A stretch of 44,665 nucleotides of DNA from a virus (IMGVR_UViG_3300024254_000013:1-44665); one strand, 5' to 3'. Counted from the stretch's first letter, positions 27,684 through 35,794 are shown. Program-made: numbers and translations. Notes: generated by a model not told the origin, from the letters alone.

Positions 27684-27989
27684 CTACAATTGGTTGACTT
27701 GCTTGAGCGGTCTGACGATTTTCTGGGGTGGGCCGGCCCGCTGCGGGTGACGGAGAGAATACGTTTCGATGTACGTCATGCGCACCATCTGGTGCCGAAT
27801 GATAATTTTCTGGACGCATTGCCATGTGACGTTCATCATGGCAGCGACCTCTTTGGGCGCCATCCCGGCGCGTAAATGCCGGATTACAGCAGCGACCGTG
27901 TCTTTGGTTGTCTCTCGCAGGCGACTTCCCCCCCTCCAGGGTACTTCCTGAGCGCAGAACATTATGCCCGGTCGCCGTCTATTTGGCAA
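27684..27989 (-). CDS. HTH transcription regulator (candidate late activator; start uncertain)
   Basis: VIRHLRAGMAPKEVAAMMNVTWQCVQKII helix-turn-helix. Confidence 0.6.
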   Translation of the reverse strand: MPNRRRPGIMFCAQEVPWRGGSRLRETTKDTVAAVIRHLRAGMAPKEVAAMMNVTWQCVQKIIIRHQMVRMTYIETYSLRHPQRAGPPQKIVRPLKQVNQL

Positions 27990-27998
27990 CTATCGGGC

Positions 27999-28027
27999 TG
28001 GACAATTGCCGTCAATGGTGGCATAAT
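27999..28027 (+). promoter_or_regulatory. Sigma70-like promoter of the plus-strand island, overlapped by the operator motif
   Basis: TGGACA-17 bp-CATAAT; operator at 28018-28032. Confidence 0.65.
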
Positions 28028-28033
28028 GTCACC

Positions 28034-28160
28034 GTCCTTTCGCGGGCCTCTGCGCCGGGTGATTCCGGCGCTGCGCACCCACGGGTCCAGCGGCCGGTGA
28101 TGACCACATGGTCCCCGCAGTTCAATAGGGGCTTTGAAATCCGGCAGCCCAGCGAAGGAC
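28034..28160 (+). ncRNA. Candidate structured RNA/5' leader
   Basis: Closing stem GTCCTT-CGC-GGGC / GCCC-GCG-AAGGAC plus internal hairpins; begins at the predicted TSS. Confidence 0.5.
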
Positions 28161-28179
28161 ATAAATTTCAGGGGGACGA

Positions 28180-28464
28180 TTGAAGCAGGTTAAGGTGTTC
28201 GCCTGTTCGGAGGAAGAGTGGGTCGCAGCCTATACCCCGCGATCAGCACTGCGGTTTTATTTGAGTGAAACGGGCGTGGACTTCCGCTGGGACATGGACG
28301 GCGAAATGCCGCAGGAGGTCAGCCCCTCGGAAATGGACCGCTTAAAATTCGTTGAGGACGGCGAGCCCTACGACGGCCCGCACAAATCGTTTAAAGAAAA
28401 ACTCGCACAAGTAGTACAGGATCCGGGCGTGACGTTTCCGTGCTGGTTTGCCATTTCAGAATAG
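28180..28464 (+). CDS. Hypothetical phage protein
   Basis: GGGGGAC RBS and TTG start; KVF....EWVAA...FP.WFA.SE pattern. Confidence 0.75.
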   Translation: MKQVKVFACSEEEWVAAYTPRSALRFYLSETGVDFRWDMDGEMPQEVSPSEMDRLKFVEDGEPYDGPHKSFKEKLAQVVQDPGVTFPCWFAISE

Positions 28465-28518
28465 CATCACGACCAATTCGGTGACGTCACCACAATGGTT
28501 CGGGAGTACGAGGGCTTA

Positions 28519-29151
28519 ATGGAAAAACAAAAGCGAGTTGCCATTTATGCCCGAGTTTCCACGGCTGACCAAACATCCGATAACCAGCTGCTCGATCTGC
28601 GGAAATACTGCGCGTCTCGTGGATGGACGGTTGTCGATGAATTTGTTGACCACGCCATATCGGGCTCGAAGAAGGACCGCCCGCGTCTTCGTTCACTTAT
28701 GGAGTTTGCTTGGCCGGGAGTCGTGGACTGCGTGCTGGTTTGGCGGTTCGACCGATTCGCCCGCAGCCTGTCACATCTGGTGCAGGCACTCGATACTTTC
28801 AGGGAGCGCGGTGTTGATTTTGCCTCCCACCAAGAACGAATTGATACGTCCACCTCACAGGGCAAGCTCATGTTTGGGATCTTCGCTTCCTTTTCCGAAT
28901 TCGAGCGCAACCTCATTCAAGAAAGAATTTACGCCGGACTGGCCCGCGCTCGCTCCCAAGGTAAGCGATTCGGAGCGCCGCCCCTTCCTGACACCAAGCG
29001 CCAGGAGATTCTTGCGCTCCGCGGCACAGCCTCCATCCGATCTATCGCAGCTCGAGTTGGCGTTAGCAAATCGTTAGTCCAAAAAGTGCTGTCCACGAAA
29101 GGGGGTCCAATTGTGGCTTCCACCATCGACGGAACCCCTGTGGCTTTCTGA
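28519..29151 (+). CDS. Small serine recombinase (resolvase/invertase) with C-terminal HTH
   Basis: YARVST.DQ catalytic motif, SG...DRP.L, DRFARS, FSEFER..I.ER...GL..AR..GK..G, SIRSIAARVGVSKS. Confidence 0.95.
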   Translation: MEKQKRVAIYARVSTADQTSDNQLLDLRKYCASRGWTVVDEFVDHAISGSKKDRPRLRSLMEFAWPGVVDCVLVWRFDRFARSLSHLVQALDTFRERGVDFASHQERIDTSTSQGKLMFGIFASFSEFERNLIQERIYAGLARARSQGKRFGAPPLPDTKRQEILALRGTASIRSIAARVGVSKSLVQKVLSTKGGPIVASTIDGTPVAF

Positions 29152-29212
29152 GTGGACACGATTCAGGTGATTTATGGACAGCTGTAAGAGTTCTTATAAA
29201 GGAAGGTGTGCC

Positions 29213-29374
29213 TTGACCGACAACCAACAGAAGCGAATCGTGGAAATCACCAAGCGCTGGGCCGAAGGCGGCGCCGGGCGTTCGCTGCCGCAAGCGATCG
29301 AGGACATGGGATTTTTGACCGGGGTCATTTACGATCTGGAGGAGCAGCTGCGTGCCAAGAACCTACGATCTTAA
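29213..29374 (+). CDS. Hypothetical protein (start approximate)
   Basis: GGAAGG RBS; TDNQQKRIVEITKRW... Confidence 0.55.
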   Translation: MTDNQQKRIVEITKRWAEGGAGRSLPQAIEDMGFLTGVIYDLEEQLRAKNLRS

Positions 29375-29606
29375 AATCTGGCCCAAGCATTTTGAGGACG
29401 TGCGCGCCGGCACCAAGAAATACGAGGTACGCCGCAACGATCGGGTCTTCCTGGTGGGCGATGAAATCACGTTGCGCGAGTGGGATCCGTTCAAGGCCAC
29501 CTATACCGGACGGGTGTGCCTGGTCCGCATCATCCATGTGACCGATTCGACCTCTTGGGAATTCATCCCGGTGTGGATCACGGTCTTCGGCATCGATCTC
29601 GCATGA
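29352..29606 (+). CDS. DUF3850/ASCH (PUA-like) domain protein
   Basis: LKIWP.HF.DV..G.K..EVR.NDR.F.VGD...LREW...YTGR. Confidence 0.9.
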   Translation: MPRTYDLKIWPKHFEDVRAGTKKYEVRRNDRVFLVGDEITLREWDPFKATYTGRVCLVRIIHVTDSTSWEFIPVWITVFGIDLA

Positions 29607-29839
29607 GCATCCTTCACCTTCCGCTCTACACGATTTATAAAGACCCCTCCGATTATCCCGGCATGTACGTGGTGCGGGAGTTCCGCATCGTCCGCGGCAG
29701 CCTGGACCCGGTCGCGGCGAAGGCCCCGATGATTGTGACGCCAAAGATTCAAGAGGCCCGCGCGCGGATCCCGTTTGGCTGCGTGCCGATTATGCGCCGG
29801 CCGGAAGACGACCCGTGTATTGTGGAGACCTGGTTATAG
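29603..29839 (+). CDS. Conserved-looking phage hypothetical protein
   Basis: TIY..PSDYPG.YVVR...R.PEDDP.IVETWL; ATGA coupling. Confidence 0.75.
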   Translation: MSILHLPLYTIYKDPSDYPGMYVVREFRIVRGSLDPVAAKAPMIVTPKIQEARARIPFGCVPIMRRPEDDPCIVETWL

Positions 29840-29851
29840 GGAGGCCCATCG

Positions 29852-30094
29852 ATGCGAATGCGTGCGGTGATTAACGAGAATCAATTTTCAAAGCTGGTGC
29901 GCGGCGATATCCTGGTGCTGGAATTAAACACGGGCGACATCGTTGAGTTTTCCATGTCCGACATCGGCTGGGACCGCATGTATTATCAGATCGAGCGCGC
30001 CATCCGCGACCACGAGCACGACCAGGATTCAGCGGCGGCTGCCGGAAATCAGCAGGATGGTCAGCAGGACAAAAACGAAAGCCCCGCAAGCTAA
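29852..30094 (+). CDS. Hypothetical protein
   Basis: GGAGG RBS; ...SDIGWDRM. Confidence 0.7.
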   Translation: MRMRAVINENQFSKLVRGDILVLELNTGDIVEFSMSDIGWDRMYYQIERAIRDHEHDQDSAAAAGNQQDGQQDKNESPAS

Positions 30095-30126
30095 CTGCTC
30101 AGGCGACAGAGCGTCCATCAGGTCGT

Positions 30127-30378
30127 TCATCGTCCGTCCTCCATAGAGACACGTTCTTTAAAGTAAGCAAGCTGAGTATTACGGATGGGGTCAGCAGTGG
30201 ATACACGGCGCAGGGGCTCACTTTTAAAAAGGTTGAACATCTCCCGGAGGATTGTCCGCTGGACCGCTATGGTTTCAAAAAGTCTGACGAGTTCTTCGTC
30301 GTGGTAACAGCCATTAAAAATGTTCTTTTGGATATCGTCGAGTTGCGCTGGCGTCAAGGCCCGGCCGTCATACGGCAT
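30127..30378 (-). CDS. Hypothetical protein
   Basis: AAGGGG RBS before MPYDGRALT. Confidence 0.6.
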   Translation of the reverse strand: MPYDGRALTPAQLDDIQKNIFNGCYHDEELVRLFETIAVQRTILREMFNLFKSEPLRRVSTADPIRNTQLAYFKERVSMEDGR

Positions 30379-30382
30379 TCGG

Positions 30383-30613
30383 TTAATCCCCCTTTCGGCG
30401 CTCGTCTGTGTAGGTCCTCTCGAATGCCTCGTGGTCGAGGTTATGGCGAATGCGTCCGGGCATCTCCACAAGCCATTGACCTTTAAAGCCCTTCACCCAC
30501 CCGCGCGGTGTCTCGTACAAAAAATCGTCATGCTCGATGCGGATGGCCTTTACGTTTTCGCTTTTGCTTCTGAAGATTTGCCACTCGACCTGCTCCCCCA
30601 TTTTGATAATCAT
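30383..30613 (-). CDS. PGDYG-like small phage protein
   Basis: VKAI...ETP.G...G..GQWLV...FERTY. Confidence 0.7.
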   Translation of the reverse strand: MIIKMGEQVEWQIFRSKSENVKAIRIEHDDFLYETPRGWVKGFKGQWLVEMPGRIRHNLDHEAFERTYTDERRKGD

Positions 30614-30764
30614 TTAAAGGTTCGGGAGACCGCACAGGTCAGGATAAACGTCACGACGGCCACAATCAGGAAAATAAGAATTTTTTCCGTTACTGAAAAT
30701 GGACCGCGCACAATTTCATGGTAAGCGACGACAGGGGTATTCGACTAACGTTATTTCCCTACAT

Positions 30765-30956
30765 TTAGGAGATGTCGCGCCATCGCCGTGCGGCGCTTTC
30801 GATTTGCCCGGCCAGGGACCGCAGCGCCTGGGCCTGGTTATAAACATCGAGCGGGTATCCCGAGGCGATGAGGCCGGAGCAGCGGTCGCGCAGGTTCGCC
30901 AGGTGGGTGTACATCTCGCGCTTCAAAACTTCCGTTCTGGGTTCTTCGTCTTTCAT
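30765..30956 (-). CDS. Hypothetical protein
   Basis: MKDEEPRTEVLKREMY..., helical. Confidence 0.55.
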   Translation of the reverse strand: MKDEEPRTEVLKREMYTHLANLRDRCSGLIASGYPLDVYNQAQALRSLAGQIESAARRWRDIS

Positions 30957-30966
30957 AGGCCGCCGG

Positions 30967-31368
30967 CTATGCGCGCGCGGGCAACGATGTCGGTGTCGAT
31001 GCCGCAGATGCATCCGAGATCGTGACCTCGACGCGCGGGTTGTCCTTGTCCACCAGGTAGGAGTCGGTCAACTCCACCAGCCATTTCTGGGAATCGTTTT
31101 TGATCCGCTCCATTTTGACTAGGGCGTCCAGAATCACCTTCGACCCCGCACGGATGTTGTCGCGGTCCCGGCGCTTGTCCTTCTCTACCCAAGTGAAATG
31201 CACCTTCACCGGCCCCTTGAATTTTGGGACGTTGGAATAAAGGATCCACCGCGCGATCTGGCGTTTCATCTGCTGGCGCCGGAACGACTGAATGAACCGA
31301 TACTTTGGAATTTTCAGCGTTTGGTTCAGGCTCTCCAGGCGTCCCTGCATGGCGAAGGTGAACGTCAT
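30967..31368 (-). CDS. rusA: RusA-like Holliday junction resolvase
   Basis: SLN, RRDRDN...K.ILDAL....I.ND and NPRVEV motifs. Confidence 0.85.
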   Translation of the reverse strand: MTFTFAMQGRLESLNQTLKIPKYRFIQSFRRQQMKRQIARWILYSNVPKFKGPVKVHFTWVEKDKRRDRDNIRAGSKVILDALVKMERIKNDSQKWLVELTDSYLVDKDNPRVEVTISDASAASTPTSLPARA

Positions 31369-31520
31369 TCATTCCCGCTCACTTCTTCGTTTTTCGCTTT
31401 AACGATTTGGTCGCGCATGTACTTTTCAAACTCCTCGGCCCGGACGTCCAGTTGCTTGCACGACAGGCGAAAGGCCTCGAGGCTTTCCAGCATTTTTATG
31501 ATCTGCCGCGGGGGTTCCAG
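31365..31520 (-). CDS. Hypothetical protein (start uncertain)
   Basis: Open frame coupled to rusA; GGAGG upstream. Confidence 0.45.
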   Translation of the reverse strand: MEPPRQIIKMLESLEAFRLSCKQLDVRAEEFEKYMRDQIVKAKNEEVSGNE

Positions 31521-31521
31521 G

Positions 31522-31896
31522 TTATTTCCTCCATTTAGGGATGCGGCTGTTGAGATACGCCGTGCGATCTGCGTTGAGTAATTTGATGCCAAGGTCTGTG
31601 ATGGTGCCGTCGGGCCAGATCAAATAGGCCGCTCGCAGGCGTTCAAATATGGTCTTCGCGCGCGTCTCGGGGATGGTGGATAGTTTACTGAGCTCGGCTA
31701 TATTGACGGAGGCGTGCGCCCATAAGGTGGCAAGGACGGCCACCGGGTCCACGGTATCGCGCACGTTGAAATCTTTAACGGTGAGCGGCAGCACACGCCA
31801 AGCCGAGAGGACCTTTTTCGCCTCCTCGTCCTCCAGCACCAGGTTGACCGACTCGTCTTTAGTCAGTTTGGTTTTGACGTACTCCAGGGCCATCAC
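31522..31896 (-). CDS. Hypothetical protein with possible C-terminal HTH
   Basis: NIAELSKLSTIPETRAKTIFERL; coupled to the upstream gene. Confidence 0.65.
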   Translation of the reverse strand: MMALEYVKTKLTKDESVNLVLEDEEAKKVLSAWRVLPLTVKDFNVRDTVDPVAVLATLWAHASVNIAELSKLSTIPETRAKTIFERLRAAYLIWPDGTITDLGIKLLNADRTAYLNSRIPKWRK

Positions 31897-32087
31897 GTCT
31901 CAATCCACTCGAGCTCAATGAGGATAGGTTTGCCTTTACCGAGGGTGGTTTCAATAAAGCGTTGGCCGCATTGGCAGGCGTGCAAAATGCCTTTGCACCA
32001 GACGGGCCAGGCGCCGGGGGGTAAATTGTCCTTACGATAACCGGCCTCAACCTTCAGATCGGTCTGGATTGGTTGGTGTACATGCAT
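31893..32087 (-). CDS. Small Cys/His zinc-ribbon-like protein
   Basis: MHVH...HACQCGQRF; GGGAGGGG RBS. Confidence 0.55.
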   Translation of the reverse strand: MHVHQPIQTDLKVEAGYRKDNLPPGAWPVWCKGILHACQCGQRFIETTLGKGKPILIELEWIET

Positions 32088-32124
32088 CCCGTAAATAAGT
32101 CCCCTCCCCCAGATCCCTTCTCCG

Positions 32125-32316
32125 TTATACGGCGGCGGACTCCTGCGGCACGGCATCCACAATGGGAATGTCTAAAATTTTTCTTCGCGCGTACTCGGCG
32201 CCGGATAGGCGCGCGCGCTTGGCCCGCTGGCTGCACTGCAAATATTCGGCGCGGTTGACGCGCACCGTAATCCGCAGCGGGCGTTTTAGAAATTGTGTTT
32301 TCTTCTTTTTTGTCAT
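32125..32316 (-). CDS. Ribbon-helix-helix DNA-binding protein (MobC/Arc-like)
   Basis: RITVRVNRAEY.....RAKRARLS.AEYARRKIL; GGAGGG RBS. Confidence 0.8.
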   Translation of the reverse strand: MTKKKKTQFLKRPLRITVRVNRAEYLQCSQRAKRARLSGAEYARRKILDIPIVDAVPQESAAV

Positions 32317-32395
32317 CGTGTCCCTCCATCCTTTATTCACGCTGATTATTCTCCCATTGGGTGGCGGCATTGTGCCACTCATTTTTCCCTACAAT

Positions 32396-32632
32396 TCATC
32401 GGTGCTCTTCCAAGATGCCCAGGTGCGTCTGCGGTTCTTGGTCACGATGCACCCAACAATACGCAGCGCACCAGGTAAAAAAGAGATTGATAACGACAGC
32501 CCAGATCAGTAGGCTCCGCATCCTATTGGCAGACTCCACCTCCGCAATAAGCGATTCGATCATTTCCTTGATCTGCACCTCGTTTAAGGTGCGCCATTTA
32601 TCACGGAGTGTTTTGACTTGTTCGGGGGTCAA
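32396..32632 (-). CDS. Small membrane protein
   Basis: LLIWAVVINLFFTWCAAYCW TM segment. Confidence 0.65.
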   Translation of the reverse strand: MTPEQVKTLRDKWRTLNEVQIKEMIESLIAEVESANRMRSLLIWAVVINLFFTWCAAYCWVHRDQEPQTHLGILEEHR

Positions 32633-33246
32633 TGCAGAATCTCCACGCGCGGCTCCTTCACTTCAAAATAGGAGGCCCAGCCAAAGAGGTCCCGGCAGAA
32701 CCGCTTGGCGTCCTCGAACCCATGCTCCGGGTTTTCGCTGGAAATTTGGATGGCGTCCCGCAGGCGCTCTTTAAGGCGAATGAGCGCGGCCGTCACGATC
32801 AGGTCATAGGGTTTAAAGTGGGTCATGCAGCTGCAGGCATAGCGGCCGGGCTCCTCCGTGCGTTCCCAATCGCGCGCAATGTATCGGCGGTCTACCACAA
32901 ACGGCTCGCCGGCGCAGCTGCCGCCACAGGAGCGCGTCTCAAGGTACGGCCCGCTGATATACGGCTCGGCTTTGGGATCATAGGGCGGTTCGACCTCTTC
33001 AATGCCCTTCGCATTCATTCCCGCAAACGGCTTTCCTAAATCGCGGTAGCGGTGCCCGCAGGTGGCGCTGCCGTTAAAGGCGACCGTCTCCGGCCCGACC
33101 TGGGGCTTGCCTTTGCCCAGGGGCCCGGCTAAAAAAATGCCCATCTCTTCCGCTTTACCGATAATGATCCGCATATCGTCAACGAATTTTTCAAACGCAG
33201 AACGGTCCAGCTCTAAGATACGGCTCCAATAATGCGCGTATGCCAT
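32629..33246 (-). CDS. Conserved-looking phage/plasmid early protein of unknown function
   Basis: M.Y.HYW...FNG...C.T..KPYD..VTA.LI......ISS pattern; AGGAG RBS. Confidence 0.8.
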   Translation of the reverse strand: MAYAHYWSRILELDRSAFEKFVDDMRIIIGKAEEMGIFLAGPLGKGKPQVGPETVAFNGSATCGHRYRDLGKPFAGMNAKGIEEVEPPYDPKAEPYISGPYLETRSCGGSCAGEPFVVDRRYIARDWERTEEPGRYACSCMTHFKPYDLIVTAALIRLKERLRDAIQISSENPEHGFEDAKRFCRDLFGWASYFEVKEPRVEILH

Positions 33247-33328
33247 GTCGTGGTGTCTCCTGTCATTCTAGCATGGGTTGTGCCATTATGACACCATATA
33301 CAGAGATGTAAAGGGAAGGCCTAATTTT

Positions 33329-33625
33329 CTATGGGCAGGATGCTGATAGGAGAGCGTTGGCGTCCAGCGTGCCGTTGAATTCGCCCGCGGCATTCGGTGT
33401 GCGGATCTCGTAAGGGTCGGCGCCCCTGCGCTGCGCGGGCGCCTTTAAAATAACGACGCCCTCCGCATTGGCCGCGCCCGAGATAGTGCCCGGCTGAATC
33501 TGCACGGCCCCGCCCGGCGCGCAGGACGTAATCAAAAGAATTCCAGAACCCGACGGCGTTGACCCCACGGCCGCCGGCGGGGTTCTGGAATGAATCGGGG
33601 GAAGGAATAGCAGGATCTCCAGCAT
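33329..33625 (-). CDS. Hypothetical beta-rich protein (possibly exported)
   Basis: GC3-rich codon use; LLITS..PG..V...G..N..G pattern. Confidence 0.45.
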   Translation of the reverse strand: MLEILLFLPPIHSRTPPAAVGSTPSGSGILLITSCAPGGAVQIQPGTISGAANAEGVVILKAPAQRRGADPYEIRTPNAAGEFNGTLDANALLSASCP

Positions 33626-33639
33626 GATTTCGAGGGTGT

Positions 33640-33879
33640 TTATGGTCGCACCTTCTGGATGGCTTGGCGCGCCGCATCGCAGGTATTATGCGGGCATTCA
33701 ATAAAGGTTCCGGGTTGGTCCTGGTGATAGGCCTGGTGAATTGTCTGCGCCATCCACCGGATGGTCTCTAAAAATTCAGAGGCCGATGAATGCAGCGGAC
33801 AGATCATACTCATGTGGCCCCTCGATTCAGGGTCTTCGACGCGCGCGAAATAACAACCGCAGACATAGTTTGCGATCAT
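33640..33879 (-). CDS. Cys/His-rich hypothetical protein
   Basis: CGC...CPLH...HQAYH...CP...C; ATGA coupling. Confidence 0.65.
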   Translation of the reverse strand: MIANYVCGCYFARVEDPESRGHMSMICPLHSSASEFLETIRWMAQTIHQAYHQDQPGTFIECPHNTCDAARQAIQKVRP

Positions 33880-34091
33880 GAGGCGTGCTCGAATTTCCAG
33901 CGGTTCACAAACCGATTCCAAAGCCCGGTCGCTACAGGCCGGGTCAGCGCGCCTTGCAGAAAACAACACGGCTGGCAACCGACCCAATAGAGCTCGCGCG
34001 AGGCATAAGCGGCCCGCTCTTTCCATGCGTGCGGCACCCGTAAACACTTCGGGCATTTGAGTGCTGTGGCATTTTCAGTCATGGCGATCAT
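33876..34091 (-). CDS. Lar-like zinc-finger protein (restriction alleviation family-like)
   Basis: LKCPKC...WV.C..C...A...WNR. Confidence 0.65.
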   Translation of the reverse strand: MIAMTENATALKCPKCLRVPHAWKERAAYASRELYWVGCQPCCFLQGALTRPVATGLWNRFVNRWKFEHAS

Positions 34092-34492
34092 TGCGTTTTT
34101 CCCCCTTTGGATTTTTTCGCGGCAGCCATCGTGGCTGGATGCTGCGCGCCTTCAAAATCGATGTGCACAATATTGATCTCGCAGCGGCGGCACCACAATT
34201 GCAAACCGCGGCGCGTCCAGCCCGCCTCGATTTTTACCCAATCGCGCGCGGCGATATCGGCGGGTTTGTCTTTTAAACAATTCGCGCAGTGCATGAACAG
34301 CCCGATGGAGTTTGTGTTAGGAATTCGGCGGGGCGGTTTAAAGGTGCGCAGCGCGTTGGCGCGCTTGAGCAGCTTGTTATAAAGGCAGATGCTGCAGGTC
34401 CCGGCTAAGATTTCCGATTCCGCGCAAACACACTTCTCCGCTTGCAAAAGGTCATGAAGCGCGTCCGCTAATTCCCGCTGCAGTGTTTTCAT
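34088..34492 (-). CDS. Cys-rich hypothetical protein
   Basis: FMHC..CL...EAGWT..GLQ.WC.R...NI.HIDFEG..HPA. Confidence 0.75.
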   Translation of the reverse strand: MKTLQRELADALHDLLQAEKCVCAESEILAGTCSICLYNKLLKRANALRTFKPPRRIPNTNSIGLFMHCANCLKDKPADIAARDWVKIEAGWTRRGLQLWCRRCEINIVHIDFEGAQHPATMAAAKKSKGGKTQ

Positions 34493-34599
34493 GGGTTCTC
34501 CTCCGCCACGATATGCTCCTGTAATTTTTCCTTCCTATGGAACCGCGCGCCGCAGCGCTGGCATTGGTAGGTCAGTTTGCATTTCCAAATGAAGTCCAT
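34489..34599 (-). CDS. 36-aa C2H2-like zinc-finger microprotein
   Basis: AAGGAG RBS; YQCQRCGARFHRKEKLQEHI; ATGA coupling. Confidence 0.6.
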   Translation of the reverse strand: MDFIWKCKLTYQCQRCGARFHRKEKLQEHIVAEENP

Positions 34600-34712
34600 G
34601 TTTGGTTCTCCTTAGTCCCGGTCGCCGCTAAGGACGGAGACCGGGATAAAAAGACCGTCGGACGACGTGACAGCGACAACTAAAATTTGTATCTTTTCTG
34701 CTTTTTTAAAAA

Positions 34713-35096
34713 TCAATCACCCTGAACACGGCGGCGCGCCTTCGTTGGGTACATGCGTTTTCGGGCGGCGATACCCTCCCTGGTCGTCTCATGGACCTCA
34801 TCAGGTAGCAGCGAATCATCGGCACGGAATTCCCGCCCGCTATGCTGGAAATGGAAAACCTCCGACCAGCGGGCATAGGCTGCGCCCGCCCAATTCACCA
34901 CCGCCCGGAACATCTCCATTTGCCAGCGGGGCATGGCGCGCCCTTCCCACAACAACTCGCCCCGCTTATCGGTCCCAGCGGCATACGGCTGGACCCGTTC
35001 GATCGGCGTGACGATCTTCATTTCCGGTTTCGGCTGGTTCGTGCTGAATTCTTTTTCGCGGATAGAAAGCTGCGCCATTTTTTGTTTGTAGGTCAT
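34713..35096 (-). CDS. Hypothetical protein
   Basis: GAGGTGG RBS before MTYKQKMAQ. Confidence 0.7.
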   Translation of the reverse strand: MTYKQKMAQLSIREKEFSTNQPKPEMKIVTPIERVQPYAAGTDKRGELLWEGRAMPRWQMEMFRAVVNWAGAAYARWSEVFHFQHSGREFRADDSLLPDEVHETTREGIAARKRMYPTKARRRVQGD

Positions 35097-35098
35097 GG

Positions 35099-35362
35099 CT
35101 AGGCCACCTCGTAAATGTCGAGGAAGGGTTTCACCAACGCAAACCATTGGTCGGCATTTTTTATTTTTTCCTTCGTGACTTCGACGTATTGCGGGCTGGC
35201 GTCTTTTTCATAGTCGTGAATTTCAAGGGACAATCCGTCGACGCCCTCCCAATTCGGGGAGCAATAAACGGATACGTTCGGCAATGAAAAATAAATTGCG
35301 CCCGATCGGTCGAGGTCGAGAATCCAATTTTTATAGGTCTTGTAGCGTTTGGGAATTTTCAT
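35099..35362 (-). CDS. Hypothetical protein
   Basis: 87 aa; ...PNWEG; RBS junction motif. Confidence 0.75.
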   Translation of the reverse strand: MKIPKRYKTYKNWILDLDRSGAIYFSLPNVSVYCSPNWEGVDGLSLEIHDYEKDASPQYVEVTKEKIKNADQWFALVKPFLDIYEVA

Positions 35363-35364
35363 GG

Positions 35365-35550
35365 TTAGGCCACCTTCCGTTCCACGAAAATGTGTCTGAA
35401 TTCGGACCCTGGCGTCGGGATTAATTCGTAATCATGTTTTGGATCTCTCTTCGTTAAAACCTTGAGGTAGGCTTTGGCGTCGTCATAGTTCAGAAACATA
35501 GCCATTACGATCTCTCTGTCGTGCAGCCCGTATCGAATTATTTTATTCAT
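35365..35550 (-). CDS. Hypothetical protein
   Basis: 61 aa; RBS junction motif. Confidence 0.7.
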   Translation of the reverse strand: MNKIIRYGLHDREIVMAMFLNYDDAKAYLKVLTKRDPKHDYELIPTPGSEFRHIFVERKVA

Positions 35551-35552
35551 GA

Positions 35553-35723
35553 TTAGGCCACCTTCTTTGCGTTGAGGCCCGTTAATTCCCGTTCAAGAAT
35601 TTCGATCTTGCGGCGGGCAATTTCCATTTCTTTGATGGTGGCGGCGGGGTTTTCCTGAAGGGTTAAAAACTGCTGTAGGGCGTCTCTCAATTCCGTCCAA
35701 GCCTGGTTCTGTGTTCTTTCCAT
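35553..35723 (-). CDS. 56-aa coiled-coil hypothetical protein
   Basis: TAAGGAGG RBS; MERTQNQAWTELRDALQQ...KKVA. Confidence 0.7.
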   Translation of the reverse strand: MERTQNQAWTELRDALQQFLTLQENPAATIKEMEIARRKIEILERELTGLNAKKVA

Positions 35724-35765
35724 GATGGCCTCCTTAGTAGGCGCATGTCTTTTTCCTTCTGTTTA

Positions 35766-35794
35766 AGGTTGCCATAATGACGCCATAATGGCAA
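35766..35794 (-). promoter_or_regulatory. Early promoter with tandem operator
   Basis: TTGCCA-17 bp-CAACCT; plus strand TTGCCATAATGACGCCATAATGGCAA. Confidence 0.6.

Noticed and set aside
27940-30130. Plus-strand island as a segment invertible by the serine recombinase
   Set aside because: Only a weak CCTGAGC/GCTCAGG match flanks it; no convincing ~26-bp inverted crossover sites
33540-33591. 12-bp inverted repeat ATTCCAGAACCC...GGGTTCTGGAAT
   Set aside because: Single occurrence inside a plausible ORF, with no U-tract, transposase or second copy; no function can be supported
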